Positions 17,957-27,495 of a stretch of DNA of 64,000 bases are shown one piece after another. The number at the start of each line of letters is the position of its first letter. Within the stretch, counting starts at the first letter, position 1. The position numbers and the translations under genes are program-made. This DNA comes from Halobacteriales archaeon QS_1_68_20. GTDB lineage: Archaea > Halobacteriota > Halobacteria > Halobacteriales > PXRE01. The notes beneath the pieces were generated by a model. It searched no databases and was not told the DNA's origin. It worked only from the letters and a program-made list of their open reading frames with translations. The DNA is taken from contig PXRE01000026.1 of NCBI GenBank assembly GCA_003021085.1, positions 132,669 through 196,668 of the forward strand, in the 5' to 3' direction.

Positions 17957-18994
17957 TCAGTCGTACTTCTCGGGGTAGGCCTCGGCGAGCAGGTCGGGGT
18001 CGTCGAGCAGGCGTTCGCGGACGGGCGCGATCAGGCCCGCGATGGCGTCGGCGGCCGACGGCTTGAGGTCCGCGGGGTGGAGTTCGCCGTCCACGAAGTC
18101 CGCTTCGAGGCTCTCGTAGTCCTCGTAGACGATGTCGCCACCGTACTCGTCGGGACGTTCGACGACGAACGGCAGGTCCTCCCGGGCCTCCAGCACGGGG
18201 AACACGAGGTACTCAAGGTACTCCAGCACGCCGTTGTCATCGACTTCGCCGGCCGGGCAGTAGGCGCCTTCCAGTTTCTCAGCGACGGCGTCGGCGTCGT
18301 CCGTGAGCCAGATGCCGGAGTCGGCGTCGGAGGCGCTCATCTTGCCGCCCGAGAGTCCCGACAGAAGCGGCGCGAAGATGCAGACGGGCTTATCGTAGCC
18401 CCACTCCGGGAGTTCCTCGCGGGCGTACATGTAGATGCCGCGCTGGTCGATGCCGCCGTAGGCGACGTCGGCGTCCAGCGCCACGACGTCCAGTGACTGC
18501 ATCAGCGTGTACAGCAGGCCGCCGAGTTTGGGGTTGTCCGACTGCCGGACGACCTCGCTACCCGCCCGCTGTGCGCGGGAGATGGTGGTCTCGGCGGCCA
18601 TCCGGAGCAGGTCGAGTTCGTAGTCCGGGTCCAGTTCCAGGTCCCGTCCGCGGACGAACTCGATGGCGCCGGGGTCGGCCCCCGCCGCCTCGACCATCGC
18701 TTCGATGGCCGCCTGGTAGTAGGCGGTCCGGGCGTCCAGCAGGTCGAAGGGACTCTTCTCGTCGTCGAGGTGGGCGTGCAGGTCCGCGACCAGCACCTTC
18801 ACCTCCAGGCCCGCCCGGAGGAAGTCCGCCAGTTTCCGGATGGTGGTGAAGTGCCCGATGTGCATCTCGCCCGTCGGCGCGTAGCCGATGTACGCCGTGG
18901 GGTCGTCCCCGTCGAGGAGGTCCGCGAGTTCCTCCTCGGTGACCACCTCCTCGACGTTCCTTCTCACCAACAGCTTGCGCTCGGCCGTGTCCAT
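17957..18994 (-). CDS. tyrS: Tyrosine--tRNA ligase (archaeal type)
   Basis: Class I motifs: HIGH-like (GEMHIGHF) and KMSKS-like (GGKMSASD). The N-terminus ...LVRRNVEEVVTEEELADLL and the ~345-aa length are typical of archaeal TyrRS. Confidence 0.88.
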   Translation of the reverse strand: MDTAERKLLVRRNVEEVVTEEELADLLDGDDPTAYIGYAPTGEMHIGHFTTIRKLADFLRAGLEVKVLVADLHAHLDDEKSPFDLLDARTAYYQAAIEAMVEAAGADPGAIEFVRGRDLELDPDYELDLLRMAAETTISRAQRAGSEVVRQSDNPKLGGLLYTLMQSLDVVALDADVAYGGIDQRGIYMYAREELPEWGYDKPVCIFAPLLSGLSGGKMSASDADSGIWLTDDADAVAEKLEGAYCPAGEVDDNGVLEYLEYLVFPVLEAREDLPFVVERPDEYGGDIVYEDYESLEADFVDGELHPADLKPSAADAIAGLIAPVRERLLDDPDLLAEAYPEKYD

Positions 18995-19398
18995 ATTTCG
19001 CCTTCCGCCCGTCCGGGGTTAAATAGTTCGTTCCCGCACGGTCGACCGCCGGGTTGTCGTCACGCCCCGGTCCGTCGAAGTGACACTCCGGCGAGTACCG
19101 GCCCTCGCTGGCCGCAACCAGAACGGTTTTATTTGGTGACACTGAATTGAGAATTAATACCTGTGCAGGGGACTGGATCGACGACCGCGGCGGGGCCGCG
19201 TCCCGGCCCGGCCGCAAGCGTGGACGAGGTGGTACGGCGAGTGGAGCAGGACGGCGTCAGGGGACGTGGTCGTCCGACGGTCCGGCCGGCCGGAATCGCC
19301 CGGGTGGCCGGGGTCGAACGACCCCGTCGTGCCGTCGCCTTTATGGTACGTCGGGCAGTCAACCTATACACGGGAATCCGCCAGGAGTTGTCGTGAAC

Positions 19399-20007
19399 AT
19401 GGGAGACGATTCGAGCGGCGTGTTGGTAGTCGACGACGAACAGCGCTTGGCGGACCTCTTCGCACTGTGGCTCGACGACGAATGGGACGTATCTGTCGCC
19501 TACGACGGACAGGAGTGCCTGGAGAAACTCGACGACTCCATCGGCGTCGTCCTGCTGGACCGTCGGATGCCCGGGCTCTCCGGCGACGAGGTTCTCGAAG
19601 AGATCAGGGATCGCAACGCAAACGTCCGCGTCGTGATGGTGACGGCGGTCGACCCCGACTTCGACATCGTCGAGATGGGGTTCGACGACTACATCGTCAA
19701 GCCGGTCGACAAGGAGGACCTCGTCGGCATCGTGGAGAAGATGCAGTCCCGCGCCGAGTACGACGAGAACATCCGCCGGTACTACCGTCTGGCGTCGAAG
19801 AAGGCGCTTTTGGAGGCCGAGAAACCGACGCCGGAACTGGAGGACAGCGAGGAGTACCAGGCCCTGGTCGAGGAGTTCGAGGCCCTCGGCAACGAGGTCG
19901 ACCAGGCGGTCGAAGAACTGTCGACCCGCGAGGACTTCGCCAGTTCGTTCCGCGGGTTCGACGACGATGAGGACGTCGCCACGACCTTCGAGGACGACGA
20001 GGGGTAG
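19399..20007 (+). CDS. Response regulator with C-terminal HalX domain
   Basis: Receiver domain (VLVVDDEQRLADL ... VVLLDRRMPGLSGDEVL ... DDYIVKPV) followed by a coiled acidic tail typical of HalX. Only the last 202 aa of the 286-aa ORF are coding. Confidence 0.9.
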   Translation: MGDDSSGVLVVDDEQRLADLFALWLDDEWDVSVAYDGQECLEKLDDSIGVVLLDRRMPGLSGDEVLEEIRDRNANVRVVMVTAVDPDFDIVEMGFDDYIVKPVDKEDLVGIVEKMQSRAEYDENIRRYYRLASKKALLEAEKPTPELEDSEEYQALVEEFEALGNEVDQAVEELSTREDFASSFRGFDDDEDVATTFEDDEG

Positions 20008-20518
20008 TTATCCCCACTGCCGGTAGATCAGGTTCCGCTGTATCTCGTTTGCACCCTCGTAGATGACCGGAATCCGCGCGTCCCGGTAGAGGCGTGCGAT
20101 CCGTCGGTCGGTCAGGCTCGACCGTCCGCCGTGGAACTGCATCCCCTGCTCGGCGCAGTCGACCGCCGCCTCCGTCGCTTTCGTCTTCGCCAGGGCCGCC
20201 CAGAGGCCGGCCTCCTCGCCGGCCTCGACGCGTTCGGCCGCCCGGTAGGTCAGCGCGCGCGCTCTCGACGTCCAGGCGCATGTCCGCGAGGCCGTCCTGG
20301 ACCGCCTGGAAGTCGCCGATAGTCCGGCCGAACTCCTCGTGGATGTCCCGGGCCACGAGGCCCGCGTCCTGGGCGGCCTCGAGCACCTCCCAGGGATACT
20401 CACCGGACCTGAAGTACTCCTCGGCGTTCGGTGCGACGTGCTTGGCGGCGAACGCCCGGGCCTCGCGCTTGACGTCGCGAGCCCCCTCGGGGACGATGTC
20501 CTCGGTAAGCAGCTCCAC
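20008..20518 (-). pseudogene. Acyl-CoA dehydrogenase remnant (internal deletion plus frameshift)
   Basis: An N-terminal ~63 aa (ELLTEDIVPEGARDVKREARAFAAKHVAPNAEEYFRSGEYPWEVLEAAQDAGLVARDIHEEFG) is joined directly to the C-terminal domain (RTIGDFQAVQDGLADMRLDVESARA / LTYRAAE...YRDARIPVIYEGANEIQRNLI). The reading frame switches at a (GC)5 run at 20253-20262. Confidence 0.75.
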
Positions 20519-20653
20519 GTCCGCTGGTGGGCCGCTCGGACCTTTGGTCTGTCGGGTGCCCGGTGACGGTTCCAATCGGCTCCCGGGGCGCTTCGGACGC
20601 GCGCTCGCTCGTTCTGTCCGGCATGATTTGGGGGAGCAACCCCAAGGTGAACC

Positions 20654-21703
20654 GTGGCTCCAGAATCGTCCGAACGGTGTGGGTACCGGCTAGAGATCGG
20701 GTTACCGGGGCAGGACTTCCCGACCGAACCGTGTTCCAGACCCGCCTGGGAGGACTACGACCGCTGCGTCTGGCACGCGCCGGTCGACGGGAAGACCGCC
20801 GGGGAACTCACTGCGGAGGGGGAACCGGGGGACGACCTCGACGGGGCGTACCTCAAGGAGGCGTCGCTGGTCGGCGTGGACTGGCTCGCCGGGATGTCGC
20901 TGGTCGGTGCGGATCTGACCGACGCCGACGTCAACGGCGTGGACTTCTCGGACGCCGACCTCACGTTGGCGACCCTGACGAGCGTGAGCGCGATCAACGC
21001 CGACTTCACTGGCGCGAACCTCGAGGGCGCCATCTTCACGAACGCCGACATCAGGCGGGCGACCCTGGTGGACGCCCGCCTCAACGAGGCGGTGTTTACC
21101 GACGTTCACATCGACGACGGGACGGTGCTGGGCCAGGAGTCCGTCTACGACGGGGGGTCGGTCCGGCCGAAGCTGAGCGACGACCCCCCGCTGGCCGCGG
21201 CCGCCTGGACCTACCGGGAGTTCCAGCAGATATACAAGGAGAACGCCCTCCCGGGGGCCGCCCGGGACAACTACAACCGAGAGAAGGACGCCCGGCGACG
21301 TCTCGCGTGGTCACAGGCGGACTATGCCCCGGCGATCAAGTGGGAGCTCTCCCGGTGGGTGATGAACTACGGCAGCAGTCCCTACCGGGTGCTGCTCGTC
21401 TCGCTGGTCGTGATCGTGATCTCGGCGGTCCTGTTCCCCCTGACCGGGGGCATCCAGGAGGTCCAGGGCGACCGGGCGATCACGTACACCGTCGACGATC
21501 CACAGGCCGTCCCCACCTGGTGGCTCGGCCAGGTCCTGCTGAAGAGCTTCTACTTCAGCGTGATCACGTTCGCCACGCTGGGATACGGCGACATCCAGCC
21601 CATCGGCACCTCGGCGCGGATGCTGGCTGGCATCGAGACGATCCTCGGCTCCCTGCTGTCGGCGCTACTGGTGTTCGTGCTCGCCCGGAGCGTGACGTGG
21701 TGA
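20654..21703 (+). CDS. Pentapeptide-repeat domain fused to a two-TM potassium-channel pore
   Basis: Pentapeptide repeats ([63 protein letters not shown]). C-terminal helix, pore and helix with the selectivity filter TLGYGD (nt ~21575-21592). GTG start. Confidence 0.85.
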   Translation: MAPESSERCGYRLEIGLPGQDFPTEPCSRPAWEDYDRCVWHAPVDGKTAGELTAEGEPGDDLDGAYLKEASLVGVDWLAGMSLVGADLTDADVNGVDFSDADLTLATLTSVSAINADFTGANLEGAIFTNADIRRATLVDARLNEAVFTDVHIDDGTVLGQESVYDGGSVRPKLSDDPPLAAAAWTYREFQQIYKENALPGAARDNYNREKDARRRLAWSQADYAPAIKWELSRWVMNYGSSPYRVLLVSLVVIVISAVLFPLTGGIQEVQGDRAITYTVDDPQAVPTWWLGQVLLKSFYFSVITFATLGYGDIQPIGTSARMLAGIETILGSLLSALLVFVLARSVTW

Positions 21704-21724
21704 CGGACGGCCGGTCCTGGACGG

Positions 21725-23437
21725 TCAGTCGTCCTCGGGCGCGGCCTCCTCGGGCACCTTCCCCTCGACCAGCGACTCGTCGTCGTACTCCTCCCGGAGC
21801 ACCTTCTTGTCGAACTTGCCCGTTGCCGTCTTCGGGATCTCGTCGACGTACATCACGTCGTCGGGGACCCACCAGTCGGGGAACTCCTCGCGCACCATGG
21901 CAAGCACCTCGTCTTCGACGGTCGGCCGGTCGGCCTCGTCCGTCGGCACGACGAACGCGACGGGTCGCTCCTGCCAGCGGTCGTGGGGTACGCCGATGAC
22001 CGTTGCCTCCGCCACCCCGTCGTGGGCCATGATCGCGTTCTCCAGTTCGACCGAGGAGATCCACTCCCCGCCGGACTTGATGACGTCTTTCGCGCGGTCG
22101 ACGATCTTCAGGTAGCCGTCCTCGTCGACGGTCACGATGTCGCCGGTCTTCAACCAGCCATCCTCGAAGTCGGCCTCGTTGGCCTCCGGGCGGCGGTAGT
22201 ACTCCTGGGTTACCCAGGGGCCGCGAACCCACAGTTCGCCGAAGTCCTCGCCGTCGTCTCGCGGCTCTGCCGCTCGACTGTCCGCGGAGCGTCGCTCCGC
22301 GCTGTTCCACTCGACCTCCTCGCCGTTCTCGTCGATCACGCGGAACTCCAGGCCGGGGACCATCAGCCCCTGCTTCGTGCGCTTGTCCAGTTTCGTCCCC
22401 TCGTCGGCGTCTTGCAGGTCGCTCTTGAGGTGGGCGACCGAGCCGATGGGCGACATCTCGGTCATGCCCCAGGCGTGCAGGAGTTCGACGTCGTGCTCGT
22501 CGAACCAGCGGATCATCGCCTCCGGGGCGGCCGAGCCACCGACGACCACCCGTTCCAGGCTGGAGAGGTCCACCTCGTGCTCCTTGCAGTGTTCCATCAG
22601 GCCCAGCCACACCGTCGGCACGCCCGCCGTCAGCGTCACGCCTTCCTGTTCGATGAGCCCGGCGAGGTCCGCGGGGTCCGGCGACGGTCCCGGGTAGACG
22701 TGTTTCGATCCCGCCGCGGTCATCGAGAACGGGAACCCCCAGGCGTTGACGTGGAACATTGGCACCACGGGCATCACCACGTCGTCGTCGGCCGCGGGGA
22801 CGCCCTGCGGGGTGAGCGTCGCCATGGTGTGGCTCCAGAGCATCTGGTGGGTGTACTCGACGCCCTTCGGCTTGCCCGTCGTGCCGGAGGTGTAGCACAT
22901 CCCCGCTGGCTGGTCCTCGTCCAGGTCCGGCCAGTCGTAGGTGGCCGGGTGGCCCTCGACGAAGGATTCGTAGTCGACGACGGGTTCGAGGTCGGTGTGG
23001 GGGACCCTGTCGCCGGTGACGACGAACTGCTCGACGCTCTCGAACGCCTCGGGGTCGTAGGCGGCCTCGACCGCTTCCAGCAGGGTCGCGTCCACGAACA
23101 GCACCCGATCCTCGGCGTTCTCGACGATGTACTGGAGGTGGTGATCGGGCAACAGCGGGTTGATGGTGTGCAACTGGCTCCCGCGGTTCGGGACGGCGAA
23201 GTACGTCTCGAAGTGCCAGTGGTCGTTCCAGCACACCGTGCCCACGCGGTCGCCCTCCTCGACCCCGGCCTCGTCGAGCGCGTTGGCCAGTTGTGCGACC
23301 CGGTCGGCGTAGGCCGCGTAGTCGTACCGTTCGATGCCACCCGCGGTCCGGGAGACGATCTCCGTCTCCGGGTACAGGTGCTCCGCCCGCCAGAGGAACG
23401 GCCGGAGCGTCTGTGGTGCGCCACCAGGCATGTTCAT
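21725..23437 (-). CDS. Long-chain fatty acid--CoA ligase (AMP-forming acyl-CoA synthetase)
   Basis: AMP-binding motif [17 protein letters not shown], plus [32 protein letters not shown]. Confidence 0.92.
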   Translation of the reverse strand: MNMPGGAPQTLRPFLWRAEHLYPETEIVSRTAGGIERYDYAAYADRVAQLANALDEAGVEEGDRVGTVCWNDHWHFETYFAVPNRGSQLHTINPLLPDHHLQYIVENAEDRVLFVDATLLEAVEAAYDPEAFESVEQFVVTGDRVPHTDLEPVVDYESFVEGHPATYDWPDLDEDQPAGMCYTSGTTGKPKGVEYTHQMLWSHTMATLTPQGVPAADDDVVMPVVPMFHVNAWGFPFSMTAAGSKHVYPGPSPDPADLAGLIEQEGVTLTAGVPTVWLGLMEHCKEHEVDLSSLERVVVGGSAAPEAMIRWFDEHDVELLHAWGMTEMSPIGSVAHLKSDLQDADEGTKLDKRTKQGLMVPGLEFRVIDENGEEVEWNSAERRSADSRAAEPRDDGEDFGELWVRGPWVTQEYYRRPEANEADFEDGWLKTGDIVTVDEDGYLKIVDRAKDVIKSGGEWISSVELENAIMAHDGVAEATVIGVPHDRWQERPVAFVVPTDEADRPTVEDEVLAMVREEFPDWWVPDDVMYVDEIPKTATGKFDKKVLREEYDDESLVEGKVPEEAAPEDD

Positions 23438-23606
23438 TGGTATCGTCGACCGAAGCCGGTATCAGTGTTCGGCTACAGGTCGTCAAACTGAACGTTCGGA
23501 GACGGATTGTGCCGTCGTTAATCGACGGCGCGTCGGTCGTCGGCGCCTGGCTTCCGACGGTCGACCCCACCGGTCGACGCCTGCCGAGAGCGTCGAGAGG
23601 AGGTTG

Positions 23607-23963
23607 TCAGTAACCGACGCCGAGTCGGGAGTGGATCGCCTCGCCATCTTCGAGTTCGTCGACGAAGGCGATGGCGAAGTCCTCCATCGAGACGTAGCTC
23701 TCGCCGTCCTCGTCGACGTTCAGGCTGCCGGCGCCGCCCGTCCAGACCAGGCGGTCGACGCCCGCTTCGCGGAGTCCTTCGACGACCGCTTCGACCATCT
23801 CCAGGAGGACGCCGGGGTCCTGGTCCTCGGAGGGGCCGAGCGCCGAGGCGACCGCGTCGTGGCCCTCGGCCAACTCGGCGATGCGGTTGGCGTCGGTCGC
23901 TCCGTCGGAACGTGGTGCCGCCAGCGAAAGGTTCACCGTCGGCCGGTTCGGGGTGTCGGTCAT
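23607..23963 (-). pseudogene. NAD(P)H-binding (NmrA/YwnB-like) protein remnant lacking the Rossmann N-terminus
   Basis: 118 aa containing ...GHDAVASALG...AGVDRLVWTGGAGSL...MEDFAIAFVDELEDGEAIHSRL, which resembles the middle and C-terminal motifs of that family. No GxxGxxG motif is present. Its ATG shares the tetranucleotide CATG with the divergent pcp start. Confidence 0.4.
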
Positions 23964-24612
23964 GGCCGACGGGACGGTCCTGCTGACCGGGTACGAACCG
24001 TTCGACGACTTCGAGACGAACCCCAGCGAAGCGGTCGCGCAGGAACTCGACGGCGAGACGGTGGCCGGCCACCGGGTCGTGAGCGCGGTACTCCCCGTCG
24101 AGTTCGACGCCGCGGCAGACGCCGCAGTGCGTGCAATCGAGGACTTCGCCCCCGACATCGTCGTCGCCACCGGCCTCGCGGCCGGTCGGTCCGCGATCAG
24201 TGTCGAACGGGTCGGGATCAACGTGAACGACGCGCGTGGGACGCCGGACAACGCCGGGGCCGACCCCGAGAACGAGCGCATCGACCCGGACGGTGCCGAC
24301 GCCTACTTCGCGTCCCTCCCGGTCGCCCGCACCGTCGAGCGGTTGCTCGACCGCGGCGTCCCCGCCCGCCTCTCCAACACGGCGGGGACGCACCTCTGTA
24401 ACCACCTGCTGTACTCGCTCCGGGCGCACGCGGAGCGTGAGGGTCTGGAGCTCCCCGCGGGGTTCGTCCACCTGCCGGCGACGCCCGAGGTGGCCGTCCG
24501 CCAGGCCGACGACCCCGCCAGGGGCGGTAGCGTCCCGGCGAGCATGCCCCTCTCGATGCAGGTCGAGGGCGTCGGGACGGTCCTGGAGACGGCGGTCGAA
24601 GGGGCCGAGTAG
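23962..24612 (+). CDS. pcp: Pyrrolidone-carboxylate peptidase (pyroglutamyl-peptidase I)
   Basis: VLLTGYEPFDDFETNPSEAV at the N-terminus and catalytic Cys context NTAGTHLCNHLLY. Confidence 0.9.
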   Translation: MADGTVLLTGYEPFDDFETNPSEAVAQELDGETVAGHRVVSAVLPVEFDAAADAAVRAIEDFAPDIVVATGLAAGRSAISVERVGINVNDARGTPDNAGADPENERIDPDGADAYFASLPVARTVERLLDRGVPARLSNTAGTHLCNHLLYSLRAHAEREGLELPAGFVHLPATPEVAVRQADDPARGGSVPASMPLSMQVEGVGTVLETAVEGAE

Positions 24613-24636
24613 GTCGAAATAGTCCTCTGAGGGCGA

Positions 24637-25887
24637 TCAGGTCGCCAGGTCCGCAACCGTCCCCGCGAGGACCTGCGTGACCGTCGCGCAGTCGGCCCAG
24701 TCGGTCCACTCCCGCGGGTTGTGGGAGATGCCGTCCCGCGAGGGGGCGAAGAGGAGGGCGGCGTCCGTCTGCGTTGCCACGTGCATCGTGTCGTGGGCCG
24801 CACCGGAGGGCAGGTCTTTCGTCCCGATTCCGAGCCGATTGCCGGCGTCGTGAGCGGCGTTCCGGACGCGGTCGCTCATCGGCGCCGGGTCGACGACCAT
24901 CTCGCGGGCGAGGGTGGTCTCGACGCCGCGGGCGTCCGCGACGCGGGCGAGACTCTTCTCCACGCGGTCGGCCAGGGCGTCCATCGTCTCCCGGCGGACG
25001 TCCCGGACGTCGATACCCATCTCCACCTGCCCGGGGACGACGTTGGTCGCGTTCGGCTGGACGTCGACCGATCCGACCGTCGCCACTGCGGTTTCGCTGT
25101 CGGTGGCGACGACCTCCTGGGCGGCGCGCTCGACGTCCCCGACGACCTCGCTGGCGGCCGCGAGCGCGTCCCGGCGTTCGCCCATCGCGGTCGCGCCGGC
25201 GTGGTTCGCCTCGCCCTCGACGGTGGCCTCGTAGTGGGCGATGCCGGTGATGGTCGTCACGACGCCGACCGGGACGCCCGCCTCCTCCAGTGTCGTGTCC
25301 TGCTCGACGTGGAGTTCGAGCCACGCGTCCCACTCGCTCGCGTCGAGTCGCCCCTGGCCGAGGAAGTCGATGCTCGCTAGCGCCTCCCGCAGCGTCGTGC
25401 CGTCATCGTCCCGGAGCATCAGCGCCTCTTCGACCGCCTGGAGGCCGGCGGCCGCCGAGGACCCCAGGAGGCCGGAGGCGAACCGCTGGCCCTCCTCCTC
25501 GGTGAACGAGACGACGGTGATCGGTCGTGCCGGTTCGACGCCGGCGTCCTGCCTCGCCCGGACCGCCTCCAGGACCGCGTAGACGCCCAGCGGGCCGTCG
25601 AAGATACCGCCCTCCGGCACCGAGTCGAGGTGGCTCCCCGCCGCGACCGGGGCGGCGTCTGGATCGGCGCTCTCGGGGGTCCAGGTGCCCGCGATGTTGC
25701 CGACGCCGTCGACGGTCACGTCCAGGCCCGCGTCCTGCATGCGTTCGACGAGGTGCTGGCGGGCCCGGCGGTTGGCCTCGGTGCCCGTGTGGACGGTCCG
25801 GCCGCGGCCCGCGTCGGCGTCGATAGCCCCGAACTCGGCGTTGGCTTCGAGGTCCTGGCGCAACCGCGACTCGCTGACGGTTTCCAT
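24637..25887 (-). CDS. M20-family Zn-dependent amidohydrolase (N-carbamoyl-amino-acid / allantoate amidohydrolase-like)
   Basis: 416 aa with VDGVGNIAGTW, GSHLDSVPEGGIFDGPLGV, EEEGQRF and GAAHDTMH, typical of the Amidase_3/M20 hydantoinase-type family. Confidence 0.88.
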   Translation of the reverse strand: METVSESRLRQDLEANAEFGAIDADAGRGRTVHTGTEANRRARQHLVERMQDAGLDVTVDGVGNIAGTWTPESADPDAAPVAAGSHLDSVPEGGIFDGPLGVYAVLEAVRARQDAGVEPARPITVVSFTEEEGQRFASGLLGSSAAAGLQAVEEALMLRDDDGTTLREALASIDFLGQGRLDASEWDAWLELHVEQDTTLEEAGVPVGVVTTITGIAHYEATVEGEANHAGATAMGERRDALAAASEVVGDVERAAQEVVATDSETAVATVGSVDVQPNATNVVPGQVEMGIDVRDVRRETMDALADRVEKSLARVADARGVETTLAREMVVDPAPMSDRVRNAAHDAGNRLGIGTKDLPSGAAHDTMHVATQTDAALLFAPSRDGISHNPREWTDWADCATVTQVLAGTVADLAT

Positions 25888-25987
25888 GAGGGTTGGTACG
25901 TCGGTTCGAACCTGGGTCTTTCGGCGGTGGGGTCGCTCCGTCGGCCGCGGATTCGTGGGCGGGGTCGGGACTCGTCGGTCCCAAAGG

Positions 25988-26000
25988 AAACGTATTTGAG
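25988..26000 (+). promoter_or_regulatory. Putative TATA box for tRNA-Lys
   Basis: aaacgtatttgag is centred about 27-30 nt upstream of the first tRNA nucleotide, the usual archaeal spacing. Confidence 0.45.
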
Positions 26001-26025
26001 GGGCGCTCGGTAATTCAGAGTGCGA

Positions 26026-26099
26026 GGGCCGGTAGCTCAGTCAGGGAGAGCGACGGACTCTTAATCCGTCGGTCGGGGGTTCAAATCCCTCCCGGCCCG
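26026..26099 (+). tRNA. tRNA-Lys (anticodon CUU)
   Basis: Manual cloverleaf: acceptor gggccgg/ccggccc, D-arm gctcagtcagggagagc, anticodon stem acgga/tccgt with loop ctCTTaa, T-arm gggggttcaaatccctc, discriminator g. 74 nt, no intron, no encoded CCA. Confidence 0.88.
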
Positions 26100-26206
26100 T
26101 GCAACGAGACGGTGAGCGGCGCGAACCGTCGAGTGAACCGGCCCGGCGGATTTGAACCCGGGGAGACGCAGCCCGCGCAACGAAGTGAGCAGGAACGTCT
26201 CCACTC

Positions 26207-26228
26207 GGTTCAAATCCCTCCCGGCCCG
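26207..26228 (+). repeat. Partial duplicate of tRNA-Lys 3' end (copy 2, 22/22 identical)
   Basis: ggttcaaatccctcccggcccg repeats tRNA positions 26078-26099 exactly. No matching 5' acceptor or T-stem strand lies upstream, so it is not a tRNA. Confidence 0.85.
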
Positions 26229-26370
26229 CTTCTCAATCATCTTCCTTGCGAGCGACCGCCATAGGCGTGTCGCGAGCACTCACACGTGAAGCGGCCTCGG
26301 GGGATTCGACCCCGGCCAGTCGCAGCCCGGAACGGCGCGAAGCGCCGCACGCCCGGACCGTCCGGTACTC

Positions 26371-26392
26371 GGTTCAAATCCTTCCCGGCCCG
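26371..26392 (+). repeat. Partial duplicate of tRNA-Lys 3' end (copy 3, 21/22 identical)
   Basis: ggttcaaatccttcccggcccg. Like copy 2 it is preceded by actc and followed by c, and the ~70-90 nt upstream of copies 2 and 3 are homologous to each other. Confidence 0.85.
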
Positions 26393-26586
26393 CACGTTGT
26401 TATTACACTATCTGCCTACTCACATCCGGTTTCTTCAGGTCACTTATATGCTCTCCGCGACTATATAAGGGAGTTCCACGAACGTCTCGCCCGGTCAGTA
26501 GATACCGCCTATAGGCGCTGCCACGATAGCCTCACCAGCGGCTCACGACCGTCACCTCCAGTAACAGTTCAGCGACTACCCGGGAA

Positions 26587-27495
26587 TCACAGCAGCCCCG
26601 TCTTCTGCAGCTTCATGAGGTCCTCGGTGTCGAGCGTCTTCCCCTCTTTGAACTTCTCGTAGATCTCCTCGGCCTCTTCGCGGGCCTTCTCCTTCTCCTT
26701 CTCGCGCTCGGCCTTGCGCTCTTCCTCTTCCTGGCGGTCGAGTTCGCGCAGGCGCTTCTGGACGCGGACGAAGTCCTCGTGGTGCCGGTCCGCGGCCTCC
26801 TGGGCCTCGACGAACTTCTCGTGCATCTCGTCGGCCTCGTCGCGGATGTCGTCGGCCTCGCGGTAGGCCTCGATCATCTGGTTGTGGTGCTCCTGGGCCT
26901 GGTCCGCGAGTTCGGTCACCTTCTGGTGGTGCTTGGAGGCCTCAGAGCGGACCTGCTCGGCCTTCTCCTTGAGGTCGTCCAGTTCCTCGTTCTGTTCGAG
27001 CTTCTCTTTTTTCTGCTGGAGCTGCTCGCGCTTGTCCTCGATCTTCTCGATGAGTTCGCGCTCGTCCTCCGTCGAGAGGACCTCCGTCTGCTGTTTGAAC
27101 TCCAGGTCCTCGATCTCGCTTTTCAGCTCGTCGATGGACTTGCCCTCGTCGAGCTTGAGGTCGCGCTTGAGGTCCTCGACCTCGTCGAACAGTTCGTTCG
27201 CCTTCGCGTTCAGTTCGTTGCGGACCTCCTTGTGCTCCTGGACGCGCTCGTTGAGCACGTCGCGCTTCTCGCGGTGTTCCTGGGCCTCGTCGACCTTCTC
27301 GCGCGTCTTGGCATTCAGGTCGTCGCGCTCGCTCGCCCGCGCGGACGCCTTCTGGTTGAGTTCGTTTCGTCGGTCCCGGAGCTGTCCCGCGAGCTTGATG
27401 AGCTCGCCTTTGGACTTCTCCTGGAGGTCGTCGTCGGTTACCGCTACGTTCTTCGATTCGTCGATCGATTCGAATTCGGCCTCTGCCTGTGCCAT
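26587..27495 (-). CDS. Conserved archaeal coiled-coil protein
   Basis: 302 aa, extremely Glu/Lys/Asp/Arg-rich heptad-like sequence (…ELNAKANELFDEVEDLKRDLK…). The ATG at 27495 (MAQAEAEF) is used. Confidence 0.85.
   Translation of the reverse strand: MAQAEAEFESIDESKNVAVTDDDLQEKSKGELIKLAGQLRDRRNELNQKASARASERDDLNAKTREKVDEAQEHREKRDVLNERVQEHKEVRNELNAKANELFDEVEDLKRDLKLDEGKSIDELKSEIEDLEFKQQTEVLSTEDERELIEKIEDKREQLQQKKEKLEQNEELDDLKEKAEQVRSEASKHHQKVTELADQAQEHHNQMIEAYREADDIRDEADEMHEKFVEAQEAADRHHEDFVRVQKRLRELDRQEEEERKAEREKEKEKAREEAEEIYEKFKEGKTLDTEDLMKLQKTGLL

Noticed and set aside
19147-19398. SRP (7S) RNA or RNase P RNA in the long tyrS/response-regulator spacer. Separately, the N-terminal 84 codons of ORF 19147-20007.
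   Set aside because: I find no helix-8-type GGAA...AGCA arrangement and no conserved RNase P CR-I/CR-V motifs. The ORF extension is Arg/Gly-rich and precedes a good ATG with a receiver-domain N-terminus.
26138-26392. The two units downstream of tRNA-Lys read as additional or split/intron-containing tRNA genes
   Set aside because: There is no 5' acceptor strand (gggccgg), no pairing partner for the T-stem 3' strand, and no anticodon arm. Only the last 22 nt of the tRNA are duplicated.
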